A stretch of 64,000 nucleotides of DNA from positions 2,688,001 through 2,752,000 of the forward strand of contig OZ244999.1 in NCBI GenBank assembly GCA_965223265.1, in the 5' to 3' direction. This DNA is from Planctomycetota bacterium. GTDB lineage: Bacteria > Planctomycetota > UBA8108 > SXIK01. Positions 28,484 through 38,600 of the stretch are shown one piece after another. The translations under genes were made by a program, and so were the position numbers. Position 1 is the stretch's first letter. Each line of letters begins with the position of its first letter. A model generated the notes under the pieces. That model had not been told where the DNA came from. It ran no database searches and saw only the letters and a program-made list of their open reading frames with translations.

Positions 28484-29020
28484 TTAGTCATACAACCGAC
28501 GGACCGGGCGCATCGAAGATTCGATCTCTTCCAGGCCGAACGCGTTGAGCGGTTCGTCCGCATCCGTGCGAAACGCGTGGGCGATCTCCGCGCCAGTCGG
28601 AACGGAGAGCCCCAATGCAGCGTAGCTCGAGGCCAAAGACCCGGCGGGAGAGAGGTCGACGCCGGGGCCGCCGATGGGGGCGACGTCGATTTCGTTCCTC
28701 TTGGGGATCAGGAACGGCCTGACCTTCACAGCCGTCGACGGTGCTTTGACGGGCCAAAACAGCTGCAGCAAGTCGAGAGACGACTTCGCCTCCTGCGGCG
28801 AAACGATCCCACGCGGCAGCAAGACAAACACGGCGTCGGTCTCGAGATGTCTGTATTCCTTGTAGCCTTGTGCGTTCTCCCCGAGAGATTCAAACTCGCT
28901 GCGAAGGATGTGCCGCGCTTTCACGTGAGACCAATTGGCAACCACGAGAGCTGAGAAAGTCGTGGCGATCAGGAGACCCAGCACGATGACGAGGCGTCGT
29001 CCACGTTTCTGCGATGACAT
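28484..29020 (-). CDS. Short, degenerate SUMF1/FGE-sulfatase-like protein with N-terminal TM anchor
   Basis: 'FESLGENAQGYKEYRH.ET..VFVLLP.G', 'V.VRPFLI', 'L.VPT.AE' and 'NAFGL' echo FGE-sulfatase motifs, but the protein is much shorter. Confidence 0.5.
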   Translation of the reverse strand: MSSQKRGRRLVIVLGLLIATTFSALVVANWSHVKARHILRSEFESLGENAQGYKEYRHLETDAVFVLLPRGIVSPQEAKSSLDLLQLFWPVKAPSTAVKVRPFLIPKRNEIDVAPIGGPGVDLSPAGSLASSYAALGLSVPTGAEIAHAFRTDADEPLNAFGLEEIESSMRPVRRLYD

Positions 29021-29173
29021 GCCAGCCATTCTAACGTCGAATGGTCGGGAGGACGACGCTAAGGATGACCGGCGGGAAGCCAACCTTCCCGAGTGAGCTC
29101 ACCGGTGTATTCGTGCCCCGGTACACCCACTTGTTATGTGGCGTATGCTTCCGTCATCCATCCTCGCCACCTT

Positions 29174-29695
29174 TCATTTTTCAATGTGCTCGAAAACCTC
29201 TTCCAGCGGTTGAAAGGTCAAGTAGATGACCAGAATGCCATCGTGGTTTTCGGTAAGTTGAATCGCAAACTGCTCGTCTTCATTTCGCCAGAGACCCATC
29301 CCTGGATCGTCCGCGAAGTCGTCCTTTTCGTACTTGCCGTACAACTGGTTGAGCGCCAGGCGCATTGGTTCCAAGCTCACGGTCTTTGGATAAGTGAGCA
29401 CTGCGCCGATGTATTTGCCGCCTTCGGCGTCCAGATGGACGCTTGTTGGGGGGACGGCACCCGGATGAGACGGCAACATTCGTTGAGGAGCATCGGCAAC
29501 GTTCTTGCGAAGTAGACGCGGATTGAAATGCTGCACGTTCGCAACGCGTGGATTGGGTGGGGGCGATGGCTTGGCAGTTGTGTCAGAGCACGAAGTGGCT
29601 GTAGCGGTGAACGCCGAGAGAAGGCCAACCACAAGGACTCTTGAGTTTGGCGGCACAGGATTTCGGATGAGCGAGCCTGACAGCGCGGATAACAT
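29174..29695 (-). CDS. Hypothetical lipoprotein
   Basis: 'VLVVGLLSAFTATATSC' signal/lipobox; real start may be GTG 29656. Confidence 0.55.
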   Translation of the reverse strand: MLSALSGSLIRNPVPPNSRVLVVGLLSAFTATATSCSDTTAKPSPPPNPRVANVQHFNPRLLRKNVADAPQRMLPSHPGAVPPTSVHLDAEGGKYIGAVLTYPKTVSLEPMRLALNQLYGKYEKDDFADDPGMGLWRNEDEQFAIQLTENHDGILVIYLTFQPLEEVFEHIEK

Positions 29696-29828
29696 GAGTG
29701 TATCGTACCCTCATGAGTCCCCTGCTGCTGCCTTTGCTTTGGCCGAAGCACGTCAGTAGACGAGTTTCAGAGTTTGCCTGCTACTTTCGAACAAAGCTTC
29801 GCGGCGTAGCGAACAAGTATGCCCTTAA

Positions 29829-29988
29829 CAGCCCGTTGAAAAAGTCATTCGGCCGAAGAAACTGGCCTCTTCACGCCCAGATCGACCGCGTCAATACTCG
29901 AAAATCCCGAAGATTGCCTGCGTTTGCCGCGGCCGATCTGGACGCGAAGAGACCAGTTTTCGGCTCGAAGCACTTTTTCAACAGGCTG
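29829..29988. mobile_element. 160-bp MITE (copy 3) flanked by TTAA
   Basis: TTAA at 29825-28 and 29989-92; near-identical to copy 1 in the opposite orientation. Confidence 0.85.
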
Positions 29989-30003
29989 TTAACCTAGAGT
30001 TAA

Positions 30004-30265
30004 CAACCCACTGAAAAAGGTGCTCAAACGGATTTCGGACGTCGACGACGATTCGCTACATTTCGTTCGACATATCGAGGCGTAGAATACGCAGGAATTT
30101 GTTCGATGGAACCATTGTCGCCCTTCTTTGTTGCCTCTGTTGCCTTCTGTTCGGAAACTCTTCTGTTCTTGAACAGAAGGCAACAGAGGCAACGAAGGGG
30201 GGCTTCTCGGCGCTCTTTGCGTAGATTCCCTTCCCAAGTCGGACGGATGCGTTTTCAACGGGCTG
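30004..30265. mobile_element. Related MITE-like element with different interior containing a perfect 23-bp palindrome
   Basis: Ends CAACCCACTGAAAA / TTTTCAACGGGCTG; TTAA at 30000-03 and 30266-69; internal GTTGCCTCTGTTGCCTTCTGTTC (30130-52) pairs with 30171-93. Confidence 0.7.
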
Positions 30266-30475
30266 TTAATCCAGAGACGCAGATTGCGGATCCCATATGG
30301 TCGCGGCGATCGTGCGGATCGGCGCGCCTTCGGTGCGGTAGTAGTACACCGTGACGCACTTTCCGTCGGGTCGCTCGACCGTGCGTGGATCGCCGATGTC
30401 CCAGCTGCCACCATCGCGACGCAGGACGATTTCGTCGCGCCAGGTTTGACCTTTGTTCCGCGGCAGACGCGCGTG
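30266..30475 (-). pseudogene. Duplicated 3' fragment of the sialidase-family gene at 34173-35276
   Basis: Ungapped alignment by eye to 34173-34383 with scattered substitutions (about 17 in ~210 nt). Confidence 0.85.
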
Positions 30476-30492
30476 CGCCTGCGAGTCTCCTC

Positions 30493-31818
30493 TCAGCGAC
30501 AGATCGTCTCGAAGATCGGCTTTGTGCTCGGTACGTCGGAAAGCGTCGCGCGAGCGTTTTCGCGTGGCCGACCGTTTTTGGGGTCGACCGGCATGAGCGA
30601 TTGATCGTCACAGTCGACCAGCAGCTGATACTTGCCCGCGCTCTTTTTGTTGCCGGCTTCCGTCGACACTGGATTCACCCAAATCAGCTTGCCCGGAGGA
30701 GTCTTCGACTCTTCGATGCGCGCACGGTCATAGTAGTAGTCGAAAGTCTGCGACGGATCGCGATAGAGAAGCTGCCAGTCGCTCCTGGGTCGACTCGGTG
30801 CGGTGACTGCGGGATGGGCGCGGCGAGCGACAGCCGGCGGCGACGTTCGGCGACCCTCTCCAGTCTGAAGACTTTCGGCTACTTCCAAGAGCGAACGCGT
30901 CAGAGCTTCAACTTCCGCGTCTGTCTTTTTGCCGCGACTTGAAAGATCGACCCACAGACAGCCAGTGCCTCGAGGCTCACGTGGTACAAGGGCATTCGCT
31001 GAGAGCGATGTGTCCGAGCGCCAAATCGCGAGCGTCGCCTCGCGTCCCAGCACCGACACCTTCTTGACTGTCGTCGGTGCGACTCGTCTGCGTTCAGTGG
31101 TCGACTCGACGAAAGCCTCAGGTGTCTTTGCGGCGCACGATGGGAGTGCTCGCATTCGAGCTTTGCCATCGACCCTGACGAGATAGATGTTTCGCCAGAC
31201 GCGCGTGTTGTCGACGCGGAAGTAGAGGTACTCAGTCCAGCCTGGAGGGATGCGTACCGAGAGTGTCCCGTCGTCGTTGACCAGGCGGCCGCGAGGCATT
31301 CTCCGCTTGGCGCCATCGAGCTTCAGACTCCGCAGGATCGCGCTGAAGGCGGCGCGCTTGGTGCCGACTTCCTGCGGCGTGGGGGAGCCGTTGACTCGGA
31401 AACGGATCAGGCACTGGTCTTCCCCGGAGCCTGGATCGAGGGGGATCAGGATATGCTCGATGTGACGGTACGGGAGGTCCCAGAGAATGCGTGTGCCGTC
31501 GCGCTCGGCGACGCGGATTGGCTCGGCGACGGCGGACTCGGCGACTTTCTCGACATGAATCGGCACGACCTCGATGCTGTGACGCTGCTTGCGAATGAAC
31601 TCTTCTGCGGAGGAAGCAGGTGCGTCGGGTGAGGTGAAAATGTCGGCGCGTTTGTCCTCTGACGTGAGGACGAGTGTTTGGGGTGGGCTCGAGCTTCTGC
31701 CGGCGACCCAGCCGGACGGGAGCTCGAACGAAATGCTGCCGTCGTCGTTGCGGACCCGTTCCGCGGCGACGGAAACGGAAGTTACCGAAAGAAAGAAGAA
31801 AAGCGAGCACCGAAGCAT
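30493..31818 (-). CDS. Secreted hypothetical protein with two related domains and a small C-terminal domain
   Basis: Signal peptide; internal repeat 'RVRNDDGSISFELPSGW' / 'RLVNDDGTLSVRIPPGW'; RBS GGAGG. Confidence 0.7.
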   Translation of the reverse strand: MLRCSLFFFLSVTSVSVAAERVRNDDGSISFELPSGWVAGRSSSPPQTLVLTSEDKRADIFTSPDAPASSAEEFIRKQRHSIEVVPIHVEKVAESAVAEPIRVAERDGTRILWDLPYRHIEHILIPLDPGSGEDQCLIRFRVNGSPTPQEVGTKRAAFSAILRSLKLDGAKRRMPRGRLVNDDGTLSVRIPPGWTEYLYFRVDNTRVWRNIYLVRVDGKARMRALPSCAAKTPEAFVESTTERRRVAPTTVKKVSVLGREATLAIWRSDTSLSANALVPREPRGTGCLWVDLSSRGKKTDAEVEALTRSLLEVAESLQTGEGRRTSPPAVARRAHPAVTAPSRPRSDWQLLYRDPSQTFDYYYDRARIEESKTPPGKLIWVNPVSTEAGNKKSAGKYQLLVDCDDQSLMPVDPKNGRPRENARATLSDVPSTKPIFETICR

Positions 31819-32072
31819 TCCGACCTCCGTACACGTGCCGAGAACAACAGTCTACATTTGCATTCACCTCTTTTGTCGACTGGGCTGCGAGGCGTTGTGA
31901 ACCCACGTGCCAACTTGGCCGGTAATCTCCGTGGATGTGCGGATTGCGCGTCCGTGATGAAGCTGCGGCGAGCCTTCACGCGACGCAGTTCGATTCCTAA
32001 CGGAGTCTTGGGGCTGCGCCGATGTCGGCACGACGCTGCAGTGCCGTACCGAGTTCGCGAACGCTCCTCACT

Positions 32073-33854
32073 TCATTGACACGTCGTGCGCTCACACCCA
32101 AGACTCGCTCCAGGTTCGGGGTCCGCGCCGCAGTTTGGATGCGGCGCTGGTGGGACCTCGCTGCCAGCGAGGAAAAGAAAGTTGAAGATGAAGACGGCGT
32201 CGGCGATATCGCTCGAAGCATCGTCGTTGGCATTGCATGCCTCGACGCAAGAGGGTAGCTCGGAACCGGCGACGAACAGTGCGTTGAGGTGAAAGATGCC
32301 GTCGGAGATGTCGAGGAAGAGGTCGCCGTTGCAGTCGCCACGGAGGAACGCCGAGTTGTCTTTCTGGTTGCCGAAATTGATACCTTCGACGATTTCTCCG
32401 GATGCGAGTTTGACGACATGGGCACCACTCGTTGGTGCCTGCGGCGTCGGAAACGTCTGCCGAAAGCCATCAGGGGCGACTTCGCGGACGGTGTGAGTCC
32501 CAGGCTGAACGTTCAACCAGTAAAGTCCAGTTTCGTCGAAAGCGGTGACTGGGCTGTCGTCCATGGTGATGGTCAACGGCTCGCCGGCGTCGAGGATTCC
32601 ATTGTCGTTGAAGTCGAGAAAGATGGTGACGCCGGCGAGGCCAGGCTCGTTCTGATCACGCCGGCCGTTACCGTTACGATCGAGCCACTTGACGCCGTGA
32701 ACGCTTGCGGGCTGGACTTCGTGGTTGCCAAAGTTGAGCCCCTCGACGACGACGCCCGAGGCAAGAACGACGCTATGAAAACCATTCACTGGGAACGTCT
32801 GTGCGAAGCCGTCGGGAACAACTTCGCGTATGGTGTAGGTCCCGGGCTGCGCTTCGAGCCAGTAGAGTCCCGACTCGTCGAACTGAGTGTTGGGATTGTC
32901 GGTCATGGAGACGGCCGATGGTTCGGCAGCGTCGAGGAAGCCGTTGTCGTTGAGGTCGAGGTAGATGGTGACGCCGGCCAGGCCAGGCTCGTTCTGATCA
33001 CGCCGACCGTTACCGTCGCGGTCGAGCCACTTGACGCCGTGGACGCTTGCGGGCTGGACCTCGTGGTTGCCAAAGTCGAGCCCCTCGACGACGACGCCGG
33101 AGGCAAGAACGACGCTATGAAAACCATTTGCCGGGAACGTCTGTATAAAGCCGTTGGGAACAACCTCGCGGATGGTGTAGGCTCCGGGCTGCGCTTCGAG
33201 CCAATAGAGACCGGTCTCGTCGAACTGAGTGTTGGGATTGTCGGTCATGGAGACGGCCGATGGTTCGGCAGCGTCGAGGAAGCCGTTGTCGTTGAGGTCG
33301 AGGTAGATGGTGACGCCAGCCAGGCCAGGCTCGTTCTGATCACGCTGGGCGTTTCCGTTACGGTCAAGCCACTTGACGCCGTGAACACTGGCCGGTTCGA
33401 TCTTCTGAAGTCCGAAGTTGATACCCCGAACGTTCGTTCCCGCACTGACTTTGATAAGATGGGCGCCACCGTTACTGGTCGGAAATGTTTGACTGAACCC
33501 GTCAGGAACGATTTCCCGCACGACGAAAGTTCCTGGCCCGGTAACGAACTGAAAGATTCCAGTTTCGTCAACGCCGGTCGACGGATCGTCGGACAAGCTG
33601 TTGATGGCCGGCTCGCCTCGGTCGAGAAAGCCGTTCTCGTTCAGATCGAGGTAGACGACGACGCCCGCAAGGCCTGGTTCATTCGCGTCACGATTTCCGT
33701 CACCGTTGGCGTCCGACCACACGGAGCCGCGTATGCTTTCACTCGGAAGTCCGCCGAGCAAGACTCGTCGATCCTGAACGGGGTGTCGTGACACCATCGG
33801 TTCGAAGAATATACAGACCAGCGTGATCGACAGAACGAGCGCCGTGCGGTTCAT
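32073..33854 (-). CDS. Secreted protein with four SdrD B-like (collagen-binding B-type) domains and C-terminal dockerin-like domain
   Basis: Repeats 'ASVHGVKWLDRNGNG.RDQNEPGLAGVTIYLDLNDNG.LD..EP...PG.YTIREVVP.GF.QTFP...FGN'; C-terminal 'FLRGDCNGD..LDISDG...C..ACNANDD..DIAD...CGADP'; RBS AGGAGG. Confidence 0.85.
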   Translation of the reverse strand: MNRTALVLSITLVCIFFEPMVSRHPVQDRRVLLGGLPSESIRGSVWSDANGDGNRDANEPGLAGVVVYLDLNENGFLDRGEPAINSLSDDPSTGVDETGIFQFVTGPGTFVVREIVPDGFSQTFPTSNGGAHLIKVSAGTNVRGINFGLQKIEPASVHGVKWLDRNGNAQRDQNEPGLAGVTIYLDLNDNGFLDAAEPSAVSMTDNPNTQFDETGLYWLEAQPGAYTIREVVPNGFIQTFPANGFHSVVLASGVVVEGLDFGNHEVQPASVHGVKWLDRDGNGRRDQNEPGLAGVTIYLDLNDNGFLDAAEPSAVSMTDNPNTQFDESGLYWLEAQPGTYTIREVVPDGFAQTFPVNGFHSVVLASGVVVEGLNFGNHEVQPASVHGVKWLDRNGNGRRDQNEPGLAGVTIFLDFNDNGILDAGEPLTITMDDSPVTAFDETGLYWLNVQPGTHTVREVAPDGFRQTFPTPQAPTSGAHVVKLASGEIVEGINFGNQKDNSAFLRGDCNGDLFLDISDGIFHLNALFVAGSELPSCVEACNANDDASSDIADAVFIFNFLFLAGSEVPPAPHPNCGADPEPGASLGCERTTCQ

Positions 33855-34172
33855 GATGCACCTCCTGATCGCACGCGCTCGGAGCGGCGCGAACAGGGGA
33901 GGTGTTCACACCGTGCCTTGGAACGTCCGACCTCGATCCCTAAAATGCCTCGCCACCCTAACGGACGACGATGCCTCTTTTTCCCTACGTTACGCCCCTA
34001 ATATATCAACCCCGGGAGTTTTCGCCTCGTCAATTGTAGCTGATCGGATGTCGTGACGCGGAGCGGCAGGCACCCAAAGTAGCAGACACACTCCTTGTGT
34101 TCTTTTGGCTGCGAAGCGCAGAGCGCGCCCGCTACTTCGAACGAAGCTTCGCGGGTAGCGAAAAGTGTGCCT

Positions 34173-35276
34173 CTAATCCAGGGACGCCGCTTGCGGATCC
34201 CATATGGTCGCGGCGATCGTGCGGATCGGCTCGCCTTCGGTGTGGTAGTAGTACACCGTGACGCACTTTCCGTCGGGGCGCTCGACCGTGCGCGGATAGC
34301 CGATATCCCAGCTGCCACCATCGCGACGCAGGACGATTTCGTCGCCCCAGGTTTGACCTTCGTCCTGCGACAGGCGTGCGCGCAGGCCGTACGGGGCGCG
34401 GCGCCAACCGTAAGTCATCGCAAGGGCGCCACTCTTCAGACGCGTCAGCGTCGCAGGATTGCCGGCATTGTCGATCCGCGGCCTTTCCAAGAGATACCAC
34501 GAGCGGCCGTCGTCGGGTGAGACAAACGCCTCGAGCCACCATCGCCTCTCACCGTCGAACACGCCGCCGCGCCGAATCATGCTCAGATAACCGTCGCCCC
34601 GCAGCCGCACCGTCGCCGGCATGATGGCGTAACCGTATCTGGCAGGAGGCTGCTCGCCGATCCAGCCAACGAGATTCCAGGTGCGCCCTCCATCGGTCGT
34701 GCGCATGCACAATGGCTGACCCTCCTTGCCGCCTTCCTTCTGCGCCGCCACAAATGCCGTCACGCGGTCGGCGCCTTCGACGATGTAGTCTGTACGGCAG
34801 AGCAGGCCGGGACGTCCGAAGGTTGGCAAGCTATAGGGTCCCTCCCACGTCTTGCAGCGGTCGTGCGAATAGTAGAGAGCGCCGCCGTTGAATCTCAACG
34901 CGAGATCGGACGCGCTGAAATCTATGCCGTTGCGTAAGGTGTTCGGCGCGTCCGCGGAGTTGGGACTGCCGGCGTTGCTCGCCGTCTCCAGCGTCCACGT
35001 CTCGCCGCCGTCGAGACTACGCGCCTGCCGCTTTTCCGACGGACGATCACGGTCGATATCATGTCCGCCGGTGGGGTTTTTCTTGTAGTGGCCGAGCGTG
35101 AATCCGACGACGATTTCGTTCTCCCACGACCAAATGCCGTAGTTGGCAGGCCAGCCGGCAAACCGACCGGACTCCGTGCAGACGTCGACGTGGCGCGTCG
35201 GTGTTGCCGTCGTTTGATTGTGAGCTGCGAACGTGATGGCCGCTGCGACGGTAACGATCACGGATGTGCGAAGCAT
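34173..35276 (-). CDS. Sialidase-family (BNR/Asp-box) secreted protein
   Basis: SD AAGGAG then MLRTSVIV signal peptide; Asp boxes 'SLDGGETW', 'SHDRCKTW', 'TTDGGRTW', 'SPDDGRSW', 'SQDEGQTW'; 'DIGYPRTV.RPDG..VTVYY'. Confidence 0.85.
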   Translation of the reverse strand: MLRTSVIVTVAAAITFAAHNQTTATPTRHVDVCTESGRFAGWPANYGIWSWENEIVVGFTLGHYKKNPTGGHDIDRDRPSEKRQARSLDGGETWTLETASNAGSPNSADAPNTLRNGIDFSASDLALRFNGGALYYSHDRCKTWEGPYSLPTFGRPGLLCRTDYIVEGADRVTAFVAAQKEGGKEGQPLCMRTTDGGRTWNLVGWIGEQPPARYGYAIMPATVRLRGDGYLSMIRRGGVFDGERRWWLEAFVSPDDGRSWYLLERPRIDNAGNPATLTRLKSGALAMTYGWRRAPYGLRARLSQDEGQTWGDEIVLRRDGGSWDIGYPRTVERPDGKCVTVYYYHTEGEPIRTIAATIWDPQAASLD

Positions 35277-35609
35277 GGGGTCTTTCTCCTTTGTTGAGTG
35301 TCGTTCGAACAGTCTCGCCCAGCACCAACACTTTGACCACGAAGAAACAGGCAGTTCGTAGAATCGTGGTCGATCTCGTCGCTCTGCCGCCGACGCTCTC
35401 CCTGCCGGTGCATACTTGTCTCGCGGCTTGGGGCGCGAGTTGCTCTCGTGCACGGTGGTGAGGGGCCGTGAAAGATTTCCGATTGCCGAGCGATCCCCGG
35501 GCATCGGGCGAACCATTCTGAAGCGCTGTCGTGACTGGCCAACGGCCTCCTATCCGTTGCCGCGTGTTGGAACAGACACTTTGCCAGCTTTTGAGCTCGG
35601 CGTACGAGA

Positions 35610-38600
35610 TTGAAACTTGAACACACTTGCGCCGCTCATGAGCTGCGAGGAAGATGGAGGCAATCTTCTGCGCTATTCCCTTTGTCTTTTTGCGCTCCTC
35701 TGATTTCCGTGCTCAGAACGTACACACTCGTCGCGCTTGTTTGGCTCTTCACGCCCGCCCTGATGGCGCAGGAGTTGGTGATCTCGGAGTTTCTAGCCTC
35801 GAACCAAGGCGGGCTTCGAGACGAAGACGGCGACAGCGCAGACTGGGTCGAACTCTTCAACCCCGGCGCCAACGCAGTCGACCTCGCCGGTTGGGCGCTG
35901 ACGGATGATCGGGCAGCGCTTCGCAAATGGGTTTTTCCGGCGCGCCAGATTGGACCGCGACAGCACCTCCTCGTCTTCGCGTCCGGCAAAGACCGAGCAC
36001 CGGATACCGGCGAGCTGCACACGAACTTTCAGCTGCAGTCAGGCGGGGAGTATCTGGGGCTCGTGTCTCCCACCGCTACGGTTGTGCACGAATACGCTCC
36101 CGAGTTTCGCCCGCAGAGGGAGAACATCTCGTACGGCCTCGCGGCGCGAGACCTCTCGCTGCTGCCAAGCGATGCAGCGGTCACTTGGCACGTTCCTTCG
36201 GATGGCACGCTCGACGCCGTCTGGATGCTACCCGAGTTTGATGACTCGGCCTGGTTTGAGGGCGCTCTACCTGTTGGGTTCGAGTCGGAGACTCCAAACG
36301 CCGCCAATTTCTACGCTGCCGTGATCGCTGACGAACCTGAACTCGCGGCGTACTGGCGGTGCGGCGACAGCGACACTGTCGTGCGCGACGAATTGAGGCG
36401 GCGCCAGGGCGAGTACGTCGGCGATTTCTCGCTCGGAGCTCCTGGTGCGATCATTGGTGACGACGACACAGCCGTCGATTTCGTCGTCGGCTCGGTCGTG
36501 TTTCCACCGGAGCCGCCCTTGCGTCTGACCGAGGCCTCCTTCAGCATCGAAGCGTGGGTGCAGCCGGATCTGAGTGGCCCGTTCCAGTGGATTGCGTCGA
36601 GAGACGACAGCCTGTCTCTCGTTGACTACATGGTCGGGTTTTCTCCCAGCGGCCGCGTGCGCTTCGTAACGCAGGGCGGACGCAACACGCTCAACACGGA
36701 GGCGCTGACTCTGGATGGTGAGCAGTGGTACCACATCGTCGCCGTGCAGGATGCTGCCGCGAGGACGAAGACGATTTACGTCAACGGCGAAGTCGCTGGG
36801 CAGCGCGAGCTCGGGGTCGGGTTACCACCGACCTCGCTCGAGAACGGTCTTCGTCTTGGCGCACGTTCGGATCGCGGCGGTCGCCAGCACCTAGATGGAC
36901 GTCTGGACGAAGTCGCGCTGTACCGGCGTGCGTTGACGGAGACCGAAGTGCGACGTCATTTCGATCTCGCTTCGACGCCTAGAGGCTTCGAGCCGCTCAT
37001 CGCGACGAATCTGCGTGCCGCAATGAGAAATCAAAACTCCTCAGTTTATCTGCGCATCCCATTCGACTTGAACACTCAGCACTCGCTCGACACCCTCGAG
37101 CTGCAAGTGCGCTACGACGACGGCTTCATCGCCTATCTCAACGGAGTGGAAGTGGCGAAGCGCAATGCGGATCTGGCCGTGTGGAATGCCGCTGCCAACA
37201 CTGATCGCCCGAAGCGGGCGAGCCTGCGCGCTGAGGTCATTGATCTGTTGGGCGCGCGCGAGCTCTTGCGTCCGGGCGGAAACGTTGTCGCGATTCACGG
37301 CTTCAATGACGCCGTTGACGGCAGCGATTTCATCGTTTCGGCGCGGCTGGACGCACGCACGGTGCCGGTACCTGGGTATTTTCCGGAGGTGACGCCGGGA
37401 CGCACAAACTCTGCGAACTTCGTCGACTTCGTCGGTGACACGAGATTTAGCCGCGATCGAGGCTTCTACGACGAAACGTTCGAGGTTGTGATCAGCACGT
37501 CGACGCCGGAGGCCGTCATTCGCTACACAACGAATGGGTCTCCACCCATGGCGGACACTGGTCAAGTGTACGACGGTCCGATTTTGATCGACCGTACGAC
37601 CATCCTGCGAGCTGCTGCGTTCAAGGGTGGATACATTCCGACGAATGTCGACACGCACACTTACATTTTTCTTGATGACGTCCTTGTCCAGGATGGGAGC
37701 GCTGCCCCGGCGACCTGGGGCCCGACTCCGGCGGACTACGCCATGGATGCGACAGTCGTCAACGACCCGCGGTACTCGGGGCAGTTCCGTGACGCACTCA
37801 CAGCCCTGCCAACGTTGTCGATCGTCATGCCGCAGGCCGATCTTTTCGGTGCTGATGGCATCTATTCCAACCCGACGCGAACCGGAATCGTTTGGGAGCG
37901 TGCGGCGTCCGTCGAGTACTTCGGTGACGGCGCGGCGGGATCATTTCAAGTCGACGCCGGTGCCCGCATGCACGGCGGCAGCAGTCGGCGGCCGGACATC
38001 ACACCGCAGCATTCTCTGCGTCTGCACTTTCGCGGCGAGTACGGCACCCCGCGTCTGAATTTCCCGCTGTTTCCGGATTCTGACGTCGAGAGCTTCGACA
38101 CACTCGTGGTGAGCGCGAGCTCGAGCGACAATTGGACGAGTGCCAACACCGCGACCGGAGCCGTGGCGCAGTTCATCCGTGACCAGTGGGCACGGGACGT
38201 GCAGCGACAGATGGGGCACGAGTGGGTGCCAGGTCGTTTCGTGCACCTCTACCTCAATGGGCTCTATTGGGGGCTCTACAATCTTGTCGAGCGCGTCGAC
38301 GATGGGTTTGCTTCGACGCACTTTGGTGGCGAGAAACTTGAATATGATGTCATCGTCGACGGCGAAACGAGAAGCGGCAATTCGATCGCTTGGCGAGAGC
38401 TGCTCAGCAGCGCACGTGCGGCAGACTTCGATGCGGTGTCCAGGCTTTTAGATGTGGACAACTTCATCGACTACATGCTGATCAACATGTTCACAGGCAA
38501 CTGGGACTGGCCCGATCACAACTGGGCCGCGATCCGTCGCCGCGTACCCGATGGTCGATTTCGTTTTCCGGTGTGGGATGCCGAAGTCGGCCTTGGCCTC

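Noticed and set aside
32289-33791. 500-aa plus-strand ORF (and similar long antisense ORFs such as 1038-2312, 17709-19001, 26657-27826, 45072-46214, 62401-63363)
   Set aside because: Shadows of well-supported genes on the opposite strand, expected with high-GC codon bias; no recognisable motifs.
33855-34075. Riboswitch (e.g. c-di-GMP) in the long leader of the SdrD-dockerin gene
   Set aside because: No recognisable aptamer consensus or convincing nested pairing by eye.
30266-34383. DGR template/variable repeat pair (diverged ~210-bp repeat at a gene 3' end)
   Set aside because: Mismatches involve all four bases on both strands rather than adenines of one copy, and there is no reverse transcriptase in the window.
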